Source: an uncultured Candidatus Rokubacteria bacterium (GTDB lineage Bacteria; Methylomirabilota; Methylomirabilia; Rokubacteriales; DASRDR01). Taken from it: a stretch of DNA of 64,000 bases. Where the stretch lies: the NCBI GenBank assembly GCA_963826115.1, contig CAWGVS010000005.1:2016001-2080000 (forward strand), in the 5' to 3' direction. The notes beneath the pieces are model-generated. The model did not search any database. It worked only from the letters and a program-made list of their open reading frames with translations, and was not told the DNA's origin. Each line of letters opens with the position of its first letter. Within the stretch, counting starts at the first letter, position 1. The position numbers were made by a program, and so were the translations under genes. Shown piece after piece: positions 47,627 to 56,467 of the stretch.

Positions 47627-47768
47627 CCCGTCGAGCCTTCTCGCCCCAGGATCATGTCTCCCTCGGCGGTGCATCGAGGGAACTCGCCTCTCGCCCGCAG
47701 GGTTGCATAATGGAGAGGAGCGCTGCGGAGCTATGACGACTGCGACGCCGCGCTCCAGGAGGCCAAAC

Positions 47769-48791
47769 GTGCAGACGCCCCGCATCGTCGCCACCGGCAC
47801 AGCCGTGCCCGCCCGGCGCTTCACCCAGGAGGAGCTCGCCGACCTCTTCGGCTATGGCGATGGGCTTCAGCGCAGCTTCTTTCACAACAGCGGCATCGAC
47901 GGAAGAAATCTCTACATCACCGCCGCCGAACCCCGGCGCGAGACCATCGACGAGCTGTCGGCCCGATTCGCGGAGGGCAGCGTGCGGTTGGGCGTCGAGG
48001 CCGTCGAGACCTGTCTCGCCCGGGCCGGGCTGGGCACGGCGGACGTCGACTTTCTCGTGACGACGACCTGCACGGGCCGACTCGTCCCGAGCCTCGACGC
48101 ACACCTGATCGGAGCGCTCGGCCTCCGGACAGACGTGCAGCGCGTTCACGTAGGAGACACCGGCTGCGCCAGCGCGATGGTCGCCCTCCAGCAGGCGTGG
48201 AACTATCTCCGTGCCTTCCCGGAGCGTCGCGCGCTCGTCGTGTCGGTCGAGCTGTGCTCCACCACCTACTATCTGGACGACGAGGCGGAGACCGCGGTGG
48301 CGAATGCAATCTTCTCGGATGGGGCCGCCGCGGTGCTCCTCAGCACGAGCGGCGACGGGCCAGAGGTCCTCGGTCACCGGACGCTGATCCGTCCGGAGTA
48401 CCTGGATCGCATGGGATTCACCTTCCCGGGCGGCTCCTATCGCATCCGCTTGTCGCCAGAAGTCCGGCGGATCGCGCCGGCGATGATGGACGAGCTGACC
48501 GGTACGCTCCTCAAGGACCACGATCTCACCAGGGAGGACGTGAGTTTCTGGGTGCTCCACTCCGCTGGCCGGCGGGTGATCGAGAACGCGCAAGCCCTGC
48601 TGGGCCTGTCCGACGCCGATGTCGCCTACTCCCGGGACGTTCTCCGCCGGCTCGGGAATCTTTCGTCCGCCACCGTGCTCTTCGTCCTCGAAGCGGTTCT
48701 CCAGAGCGGCCGGCCGCGGCCGGGCGACGTGGGTCTCATGGTCGCGCTCGGCCCCGGTTTCGCGGCCGAGGGCGCACTGCTCCGATTCTAG
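47769..48791 (+). CDS. Type III polyketide synthase
   Basis: Cys-His-Asn triad (TGCAS, VLHSAG, GNLSSA); VELCS, FSDGAAA, LGPGF. Start is GTG with AGGAGG, or ATG at 47733. Confidence 0.93.
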   Translation: MQTPRIVATGTAVPARRFTQEELADLFGYGDGLQRSFFHNSGIDGRNLYITAAEPRRETIDELSARFAEGSVRLGVEAVETCLARAGLGTADVDFLVTTTCTGRLVPSLDAHLIGALGLRTDVQRVHVGDTGCASAMVALQQAWNYLRAFPERRALVVSVELCSTTYYLDDEAETAVANAIFSDGAAAVLLSTSGDGPEVLGHRTLIRPEYLDRMGFTFPGGSYRIRLSPEVRRIAPAMMDELTGTLLKDHDLTREDVSFWVLHSAGRRVIENAQALLGLSDADVAYSRDVLRRLGNLSSATVLFVLEAVLQSGRPRPGDVGLMVALGPGFAAEGALLRF

Positions 48792-48799
48792 GTCTCGTC

Positions 48800-49531
48800 G
48801 TGGCGCCGCTGGCCCGCGAAGCCTCACGCACCGAGTTGATGGATCGGCTCGAGGCGTCCCCCGCCGAGCTCGCCCGGAACCTCGCCGACATCGCCCGTCT
48901 GAACCGGATCGGCGCCACCCAGGCCATCCTGCGGCACGTCGCGCCGTTTCTCGCGCTGCTCTCCCCGGGCGAGACCCTCCGGATCCTCGACGTCGGCACC
49001 GGGGCGGCGGACATCCCGCTGGCCCTCGCGGGATGGGCCCGGCATCACGGTCATCGCGTGCGGATCGTGGCCCTCGAGCTTCATCCGACCATCCTGCGGT
49101 ACGCCGCGCGTGCCGCGACGGGCACGCCCGAGGTGAGCGTCGTCGCGGGCGACGCGCTCGAGACACCGATCCGCCCGGGTTCAGTCGACGTGGCGATCTG
49201 CTCGTTGGTCCTCCACCATCTGCCGGAGGAAGCCGTGGTCGCTCTGCTCCGACGGCTCGCCGACCTGGCGCGCCTTGGCTTCGTCGTGAGCGATTTCCGG
49301 CGGGGACGGGTCGCCTGGGCCGCTGTGTGGCTCGTCACGCGGGCCGTCTCCCGGAGCCGGATGACCCGACACGACGGGCCCCTCTCGGTGCGACGGGCCT
49401 ATACCCCGGAGGAGCTGGCGCTCCTGTCACGACGCGCCGGGCTCCCCGACATCCGGTGGCACCGGGCCCCTGCATTCCGTCAGATCGGCGTCTGGACCCG
49501 CGCGAGCGCCGGGACCGGTCATGACGGCTGA
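48800..49531 (+). CDS. SAM-dependent methyltransferase (type III PKS-associated type)
   Basis: ELMD, ILDVGTGAAD, SLVLHHL, HDGPLSVRRAY. Confidence 0.88.
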   Translation: MAPLAREASRTELMDRLEASPAELARNLADIARLNRIGATQAILRHVAPFLALLSPGETLRILDVGTGAADIPLALAGWARHHGHRVRIVALELHPTILRYAARAATGTPEVSVVAGDALETPIRPGSVDVAICSLVLHHLPEEAVVALLRRLADLARLGFVVSDFRRGRVAWAAVWLVTRAVSRSRMTRHDGPLSVRRAYTPEELALLSRRAGLPDIRWHRAPAFRQIGVWTRASAGTGHDG

Positions 49532-50783
49532 TGCCGTCATAGTCGGCGCGGGGCCGGCGGGGGCCGCCACCGCGATCTTCCTCGCTGAGCAGGGGCTTTC
49601 CGTGGTCCTTCTCGATCGCGCGCGATTTCCCCGCGACAAGGTCTGCGGCGAGTACCTCTCGCCGGCGGGGCGCCGGATCCTGGACCGCCTGGGCGTCCTC
49701 TCCAGGGTGGAGGCGCGCGGGGCGCGTAGGCTCCGAGGGATGCGCATCCTCGCGCCCGACGGCACCCTCCTCGTCGCCGACTACCCCACCGATGAACCCT
49801 GGCACGGCCGTCGTCCGTACGCTCTCGCCATGCGTCGTCGGGCGCTCGACCTGGCGCTCGTGGAGCGCGCACGGGAGGTCGGCGTCACGGTCCGCGAAGG
49901 GATGCGCGTGAACGATCTTCTCCGCTCAGGCAGGCGGGTGAGCGGCGTGGTCGCCGAGCCCATCGAGGCCGGAGGACGGGGCCCCGCGGAGCGCGTCTCC
50001 GCGCGGCTGGTCGTCGCCGCCGACGGCCGCACCTCGGTGGTCGCCGAGCGGCTGGGACTCCGGCGCCCGCACCGCTGGCTCCATCGGCTCGCGCTGGTCG
50101 CCGACGTGGCAGGCGCGTGCGGCGACCCCGAGCGAGGCGAGATCCTCCTCGCTCCGCCCCACTACTCGATCCTGAATCCGGTGGCCCCCGGCGTGGGAAA
50201 CCTGAGCCTCGTGGTCCCGATCGAGGAGGCGCGGCGGCAGAAGGCCGATCTTGCTGGCTACTTCGACAGGGCCACCCGGGCCCTGCCGGGATTCCGAGAA
50301 CGACTGCGCGACGCTCGGCGTGTGGGACCGGTCCGCGCCCTGGGCCCTCTCGCCTACCGTGTCGATCCCCCGTCCCAGGACGGGGTTCTCCTGGTGGGGG
50401 ACGCCGCCGGCTTCCTCGATCCCTTCACGGGCGAGGGGATCTACGCGGCCCTCCGCTCCGCCGAGCTCGCGGCGGAGGTCGGAACCCGGGCCCTACGGAC
50501 CGGCGACGTTTCCGCTGCCGCGCTACGGCCCGCTCACGTCCGGCGCGCGGTGGAGTTCGCGGCCAAGACCCGGGTGACCCTTCTCCTCCAGCGTGTCATC
50601 GCTCACCGGGCCCTCTCGGTCGCCGCTGCACGGCTCCTGGCTGCCCGGCCCGCCCATCTTTCGCGCCTGATGGGCGTCCTCGGTGACTTCGTGCGACCGG
50701 GCGCCCTCCTGGCGCCGGGATTCCTCGCCGGTCTCCTTGCACGCCCCCGGTCCCGCCTGGTGCGGTCACCGGAGATCCGCTAA
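49521..50783 (+). CDS. FAD-dependent oxidoreductase (geranylgeranyl reductase/monooxygenase-like)
   Basis: VGAGPAG, FPRDKVCGE, AADG, GDAAGFLDPFTGEGI. Confidence 0.9.
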   Translation: MTADAVIVGAGPAGAATAIFLAEQGLSVVLLDRARFPRDKVCGEYLSPAGRRILDRLGVLSRVEARGARRLRGMRILAPDGTLLVADYPTDEPWHGRRPYALAMRRRALDLALVERAREVGVTVREGMRVNDLLRSGRRVSGVVAEPIEAGGRGPAERVSARLVVAADGRTSVVAERLGLRRPHRWLHRLALVADVAGACGDPERGEILLAPPHYSILNPVAPGVGNLSLVVPIEEARRQKADLAGYFDRATRALPGFRERLRDARRVGPVRALGPLAYRVDPPSQDGVLLVGDAAGFLDPFTGEGIYAALRSAELAAEVGTRALRTGDVSAAALRPAHVRRAVEFAAKTRVTLLLQRVIAHRALSVAAARLLAARPAHLSRLMGVLGDFVRPGALLAPGFLAGLLARPRSRLVRSPEIR

Positions 50784-50796
50784 GCTTCGGGCCGTC

Positions 50797-51621
50797 GTGG
50801 ATCCGCGCAGCCGGCTCGTGGCGCTGGCCGGGACGGTCGATGCTCGCTCGCTCGCCGAGGGAGCGCTCTGGATCGCCGCCGAGGCTTGTCCCGGGCTCGA
50901 CGTCCCGCACTGGATGGGACGCCTCGATGCACTGGGGCACCGCGCGTCCGAACGGCTCACGTCGGAGATGGACGTGGACCGGGCGGCCTCCGCCGTGGCC
51001 GGGTTTCTCTTCGAGGAGGAGGCGTTCCGGGGCAACACGGAGGACTACTACGACCCTCGCAACAGCTTCCTCAACGACGTGCTCGACCGCCGGCTCGGCA
51101 TCCCGATCACGCTCTCCGTGGTGTACGTGGCCGTCGCGGCCCGGGCGGGGCTCGAGGCCGCCGGCGTGGGCCTGCCGGGTCACTTCGTCGTGCGGGCCGA
51201 GCGCGGCGGCCGCCACCGGCTTCTCGATCCCTTTCACGGCGGCAGGCTCCTCGACCGTGCCGCCTGCGAGGCGCTGGTCTCGCGGGTCCGCCCCGGCGGC
51301 GGCCCGCTCGACCCGCGCTGGCTCACGCCGGTCACGACGCGCCAGATCTTCGTCCGGATGCTCAGCAATCTGAAGGCCGTGTACTCGGCGCTCGGAGACT
51401 GGGCGCGCGCCCTGGCCGCCGTGGAGCGCATCCTTCTGCTCCTTCCCGACTCACTGGAGGAGATCCGCGATCGCGGCACGCTCAACGCCCGGCTCGGGAA
51501 CGCGGCGGCGGCCGTGCAGGACTGGGACACGTATCTCCAGCGCGCGCCGGAGGCGTCCGACGCCCGCGTGGTCCGAAACCGGCTGCGCGCGCTGCGCCAG
51601 GCCCTGGCCTCCCGGAACTGA
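50797..51621 (+). CDS. SirB1/transglutaminase-like protein with TPR
   Basis: FRGNTEDYYDPRNSFLNDVLDRRLGIPITLS, GLPGHF, DPFHGG, RMLSNLK, RDRG. Confidence 0.9.
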   Translation: MDPRSRLVALAGTVDARSLAEGALWIAAEACPGLDVPHWMGRLDALGHRASERLTSEMDVDRAASAVAGFLFEEEAFRGNTEDYYDPRNSFLNDVLDRRLGIPITLSVVYVAVAARAGLEAAGVGLPGHFVVRAERGGRHRLLDPFHGGRLLDRAACEALVSRVRPGGGPLDPRWLTPVTTRQIFVRMLSNLKAVYSALGDWARALAAVERILLLLPDSLEEIRDRGTLNARLGNAAAAVQDWDTYLQRAPEASDARVVRNRLRALRQALASRN

Positions 51622-51769
51622 TCACCACGCTCAGCGGGACTCTGATCACCTCACGCGGACTCCGGTCGCTCAGCAGCATCGCCGCCTGGTCGTCCATGAG
51701 GGCCCGCTCGAGGGCCAGCCTCCGATGATCAGCGTCGAGATTCCTTGCGGCCGGCCGGGGGCGGTCACT

Positions 51770-52057
51770 GCCCGTCCCCTGGCGCGCCAGGCGAACTCTG
51801 GCCGCGATCGCCCGGGGTCGGGCATCCAGAACGGCACCGGACACCCGGCCGCCCAGACGCTCCGCCAGGCCGCCGACGAGATCGTAGATCGGCACCCGTC
51901 GGCAGCCCGCCAGGCCGAGGACACGCGCCACGCGCAGAGCCTCGAACGGAGGGATCCGGAACGCGAGCACGCAGTCACCCGTGAGCGTCTCCACGACCAG
52001 CACGGCCTCCGCCTCCCGCGCCACTCCTTGCAGACCACGCACTCGCACCGGCGTCAT
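51770..52057 (-). pseudogene. Degenerate or truncated bifunctional nuclease (DUF151-like)
   Basis: GGAGG RBS; VLVVE..., I..FEA, RVPIYDL...LGGRV...ARVRL; no C-terminal PSDAIALA-like motif; the open frame runs into the convergent gene. Confidence 0.45.
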
Positions 52058-52176
52058 CGTTCGCCTCCAGTCTGCCTCAGCGTGGTTCGTGTTACCAAAT
52101 ATGTATGATTAGGTGACCTTAATCCATCATCATGTCAAGACCTTCTTCGAGAGGGACGGGGTGGGCGCGGGAACGA

Positions 52177-52371
52177 CTAGTGCCGGACGAACCGGCGGAG
52201 GTTCTTCAGGTAGTACCCCATCACGAGGGTGATCACCGCGGAGATGAGAGCGATCACGAGGTGGCTCACCTCGCGCGTCTCGCGATAGGCAAGCGCCTCC
52301 CACCCCGTGTAGAACACGCCGAAGCAGATCGCCGTCCCGATCAAGAGCCGGTGCGCGATGATGATGAGCAT
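52177..52371 (-). CDS. Small two-TM membrane protein
   Basis: GGAGG RBS; HRLLIGTAI.F...; YYLKNLRRF. Confidence 0.7.
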   Translation of the reverse strand: MLIIIAHRLLIGTAICFGVFYTGWEALAYRETREVSHLVIALISAVITLVMGYYLKNLRRFVRH

Positions 52372-52388
52372 CGGTCAGCCACCCTCCG

Positions 52389-53180
52389 TCATCCGATCAC
52401 CCAGCCGCCGTCGACGCGCAGGACCTGGCCCGTCACGTAGTTCGAGGCGGGCGACGCCAGGAAGAGGACGGCCTCCGCAATGTCTTCCGCCTGCCCCATC
52501 CGCGGGATCGGAAGCTCCTGGGCCGCGTAGGCGTATCCACGGGTCATCTCCGTGTCGACACCGCCCGGGGCGACACTGTTGACGTAGATCCCGTTCTGAC
52601 CCACGTCCTTGGCGACCCAGCGCGTGAACGCGATGACACCCCCCTTGGCCGCCGCGTAGGCGGGGCCCGAGCGGCCGCCTCGAGCGTCCGGACTGTCCCC
52701 GGACCGTGACACCACACCCCCGATGATCCCTGAGATCGACGAGATCGTCACGATCTTGCCGTAGCCCTGGTCGCGCATCACGGGCACCACAGCCTGGACG
52801 GCGTGAAAGGTCCCCGTCAGTACCACCTCGACGACGCGGCGCCATACAGTCTCGGTCGTCTCCTCGAGCGGGTCCCGGTGAATGATCCCGGCCGCGGTCA
52901 CGAGGATGTCGAGGCGCCCCAGCGTGGCCATCACGCGCCCGACCACTGCACGGACCGCCTCGGCGTCGGTCACATCCAGGGTGAGGCCCATCGCCCGCCT
53001 GCCAGTCGCCGAGATGCCCGCCTCGGCCTCACCGGTGGGCAGGAGATCTGCCACGGCGACATCCGCACCGGCCCGAGCCAGAGCCACGGCGGACGCACGA
53101 CCGATCCCCCGAGCGCCTCCGGTCACGAGCGCCACCTGGCCACGAAGATCGGCCGGACCGCTCGACCGGGGAATCGGCAT
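52389..53180 (-). CDS. SDR family oxidoreductase
   Basis: TGGARGIG, YAAAK, VTGQVLRVDGG. Confidence 0.92.
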   Translation of the reverse strand: MPIPRSSGPADLRGQVALVTGGARGIGRASAVALARAGADVAVADLLPTGEAEAGISATGRRAMGLTLDVTDAEAVRAVVGRVMATLGRLDILVTAAGIIHRDPLEETTETVWRRVVEVVLTGTFHAVQAVVPVMRDQGYGKIVTISSISGIIGGVVSRSGDSPDARGGRSGPAYAAAKGGVIAFTRWVAKDVGQNGIYVNSVAPGGVDTEMTRGYAYAAQELPIPRMGQAEDIAEAVLFLASPASNYVTGQVLRVDGGWVIG

Positions 53181-53183
53181 CGG

Positions 53184-55613
53184 CTACCCCTTCCTCCGCG
53201 GCACCGCGAGGGCGCCCGGGGCGAATCCCAGGGCCGACATGAGAGGCGCCAGCGCCTCCCGATCGCCCGGGGATCCGTCGCGCCACAGACGGGCGACGAC
53301 GTTCTGGGCCTCCCAGAGATCCGGGGGGGCCTCGAGCCCAGCCCCGAGCGCCAGGAGCGCGAGCCCATCGGTGACGGCCGTGGCCGTGGCAGCAGCCCGG
53401 AGCGCCTCGAGCACGCGCCCGAGGGCCGACTGGATCGACGGCACGACCTGCTCGGCGGTCAGCTCCAAGGAGATTCCCAGCGACCGCGTCTCGGCGACGA
53501 GCTCGCGAAGTCTTTGCGCGGCTTGGGTCACGGGACCGCCGGCGGCGAGCACGGCGAGCTCCTCCCTCGCCGCCCGAGCCAGAAGGCGACGGGCCACGTC
53601 CGCGAGAGACGGCGGGATGGGGCCCTCCACCAGGCGAAGCTCGGCCAGGAGCCGGCGGCTGCCGGCGTCGATCCACTCCCCCGCACCCTCCGGGGCCGCC
53701 AGGGCACGCTCGGAGAGACGGGCCAGAAGACGGCGGCGCTCGTCGGGAAAAACGTCATCGGCGCCGTATGACCGGCCGCCGAAGTGCCGGTCGAGCGCGG
53801 CAGGCAGGTCCCCCTGCCCTCGGCCCGAGAACTCCCGCAAGAGCGCGTCCCGAGCGAGCGCGAGCGCCTCCCCCTCCGATCCCGTTCGCACACGGCAGTG
53901 GACGTGGCCGTCATGGGCGTGCAGCACGGCCAAGTCCGCCTCCTCGCACTCGGTCGTGAGGCGCGCGGTCACGCGCACCCGGCCGACCGCGAGCGAAGCC
54001 TCGCCCGCGGCCACGCGGGACCACCGGAGCCGCTCGACCCGAAACGCGTGGACGTCGGCCGGGTCTCCGTAGCCCTCTGACGGTCCCGCGATCGCGTAGT
54101 GGGCGGCCACGCGCGCGAGATCGGTCACGGCGGGTAACACGTGGCGCCGCCACACGACGGCGCCGTCCTGCAGCTCGGGAACGTTCGATGGAGCGACCGC
54201 CAGACGCCGGACCAGCTCCGCCTCGAGCCCGGCGTCGCCGCCGAGCGCATTCGCCAGCTGCAGCACGCGCGCCGCGTACCGGAGCACCTGGACCGTCTCG
54301 ATTCCCGAGATCTCGTCGAAGAACCAGCCGCACGACGCGTACATGAGCAGGCGGTGGCGCTGGAGCTCGAGACACCGGAGCGCCTGGACGCGGCCCGCCG
54401 CGTCCAGCGGGCGGAGCGCGTGGCGCTCGAGGAAGGCCTCCACGGACGCGGGGCTCCGGTCGAGGACCACCTCTACGTATGCGTCACGCGCGGCCCAGGG
54501 ATCCTTGAGCAGCGCGCCCGCTCGCGCCTCGTAGAGCGCGTCCACGGAGTCGCGCAGCCAGTCGAGCGCCTCGCGGAGGGGCGCCCGCCAGCGCTGCGTC
54601 CAGCCGTGATGGCGGCCGGCCCGGCATCCGCAATCGCCCCGCCACCGCTCGACGCCGTGCGCACAGCTCCACGAGGACCCCTCGACCACCCGCGCCTCCA
54701 GCGTGGGGGGATGAGCCGCGAGGAAGGCAGCGTGGTTGGTCAGGCTCGCGGCGCCGCTCGCCTCGATCCGGGCGGACGCCGCTGCCAGCGCCATCTCGCC
54801 GAAGCGATGGTGGTGGCCGTAGCTCTCGCCGTCGGTGGCGACCTGAACGAGCTGAGGGTGCGCGCCCTCGTCGAAACCGGCCAGGAGGCGCGTCGCCATC
54901 GCCTCACCTGATCGGAGAAGTCCGTCGAAGGCGACCGCGTGGGAGATCGCCCCGTCGTAGAAGAAGAGCGCGAGTGCCCGGCCCTGCCCTCCTTCCCAGC
55001 GGTACGCCCGTCGCGGATCGAGCGCCAGGGCTCCGGGCCGCCACTCCCCATCTGGCTCCCGCACGCCGGCGGCCTGCCCCGGCGCGAGGAGCGTGAAGCG
55101 CACCCCCTCCTCGGCCAGCACGTCGAGGGTCTCGCGATCCGCGGCGGTCTCGGGAAGCCACATCCCGGCCGCCTCGCGACCGAAGCGGTGCCGGAAGTCG
55201 GCGAGACCCCATCGCACCTGAGTGACCTTGTCGCGCCGGCTGCAGAGCGGAAGGATGGCGTGCCCATATGCCTGAGCGATCGCGTTCCCGTGTCCGCGGT
55301 CCCCCCGGCTCACCCGGTCCGCTTCCAGGATCGCGCGGTAGACGTCGGGACGCTCCCGCTCGAGCCAGGCCATGAGCGTGGGGCCGACGTCGAAGGCGAG
55401 CGCGGCGAAGTTGTCGACGACGTCCAGGATCCGGTTCTGCGCGTCCACGCGGCGCGCGGCCGTGTTGGGCGCGTAGCACTCCGCGGCGACGCGCGCGTTC
55501 CAGTCGTGATACGGGGCGGCGGAGTCCTGGGTCTCGACGCGCTCGAGCCAGGGGCTCTCGCGGGGAGGCTGGTAGAAGTGACCGTGGATCGCGACGAACC
55601 GCGGGCGACTCAT
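53184..55613 (-). CDS. Glycoside hydrolase family 57 / DUF3536 protein
   Basis: IHGHFYQPPRE, GMWLPETA, ATDGESYGHH, SWSCAHGVERW, MYASCGWFFD. Confidence 0.9.
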   Translation of the reverse strand: MSRPRFVAIHGHFYQPPRESPWLERVETQDSAAPYHDWNARVAAECYAPNTAARRVDAQNRILDVVDNFAALAFDVGPTLMAWLERERPDVYRAILEADRVSRGDRGHGNAIAQAYGHAILPLCSRRDKVTQVRWGLADFRHRFGREAAGMWLPETAADRETLDVLAEEGVRFTLLAPGQAAGVREPDGEWRPGALALDPRRAYRWEGGQGRALALFFYDGAISHAVAFDGLLRSGEAMATRLLAGFDEGAHPQLVQVATDGESYGHHHRFGEMALAAASARIEASGAASLTNHAAFLAAHPPTLEARVVEGSSWSCAHGVERWRGDCGCRAGRHHGWTQRWRAPLREALDWLRDSVDALYEARAGALLKDPWAARDAYVEVVLDRSPASVEAFLERHALRPLDAAGRVQALRCLELQRHRLLMYASCGWFFDEISGIETVQVLRYAARVLQLANALGGDAGLEAELVRRLAVAPSNVPELQDGAVVWRRHVLPAVTDLARVAAHYAIAGPSEGYGDPADVHAFRVERLRWSRVAAGEASLAVGRVRVTARLTTECEEADLAVLHAHDGHVHCRVRTGSEGEALALARDALLREFSGRGQGDLPAALDRHFGGRSYGADDVFPDERRRLLARLSERALAAPEGAGEWIDAGSRRLLAELRLVEGPIPPSLADVARRLLARAAREELAVLAAGGPVTQAAQRLRELVAETRSLGISLELTAEQVVPSIQSALGRVLEALRAAATATAVTDGLALLALGAGLEAPPDLWEAQNVVARLWRDGSPGDREALAPLMSALGFAPGALAVPRRKG

Positions 55614-55752
55614 GGAGGCAGGAGACGCTCGGCCGCCCGGGCGCGTCGCGCGCGCCTCGGGACGGCGAGGTGACTCGCGTACGACCATGCCCAGCCGCTG
55701 GCCAGGACCCGTGCAGATCCGGTCAGGGCGATCGAAGACGAGGTCGCGGAAG

Positions 55753-56088
55753 CTACCAGCGTGGGGGCCGGCCCGAGCCTCCGCGGCCACCGCCGCCCAT
55801 GCCCGACCCGCCGCGGCCACCGCCACCGCCACCGCCCGCCCCCTGCGGGTTGGCGAGCTCGACCTTGATCGTGCGACCGTCGAGTCGCTGGCCGTTGAGC
55901 ATGCTGACGGCCTTCTGGGCTTCCTCGTTGGTCGCCATCTCGACGAAGCCGAACCCTCGCGACTGCCCAGAGTATCGGTCGGTGATGACCGTCGCCGACT
56001 CCACCGTCCCGCACTGGACGAAATGCTCGCGCAGGGCCTCGGAGGTAGTCGAGTACGAGAGACCGCCCACATACAGCTTGACCGCCAT
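55753..56088 (-). CDS. RRM RNA-binding protein with Gly-rich tail (second paralog)
   Basis: KLYVGGL, RGFGFVEM; AAGGAGG RBS; extended -10 TGCTATGCT at 56131-56139. Confidence 0.93.
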   Translation of the reverse strand: MAVKLYVGGLSYSTTSEALREHFVQCGTVESATVITDRYSGQSRGFGFVEMATNEEAQKAVSMLNGQRLDGRTIKVELANPQGAGGGGGGGRGGSGMGGGGRGGSGRPPRW

Positions 56089-56467
56089 GGGACCTCCTTT
56101 GGTGACGGGTCGGAGCGTTCTTAGCCCCGAAGCATAGCACGGTCACCGGGTCCCGGGTCGAGGGCTCCGGCCACCGGTCATCCCACTCCCGAAACCTCGT
56201 GTGGCCGGTCTCGGTTCCCGTCGCCAGGGCGCTCAGGCGAGTGGTCACGGCGGGGTCGACCGCCCGGCTTCCTCGCGGAGCTTCCATCCGCGACGCTGAG
56301 CGTGGGCGGGGGGCCGCCCGGCGCGAGGCTTGTCCGGCGGGCGTGGAATTCATCCGGGCGGGTCTAGGAAGCCGGACGAGGTCCACGGCCGAGGCGAGCC
56401 GGTCCGGGTCGTCGCTCGGGCCGCCGCCGCCGAGCCCCCGCGCGCCTGCGCAGGAGCAAGACGGCAC

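Noticed and set aside
56140-56460. 320-bp gap between the redoxin fusion and the RRM gene as a tRNA-Sec or small gene
   Set aside because: No cloverleaf, T-loop or UCA anticodon arm seen, and no credible ORF.
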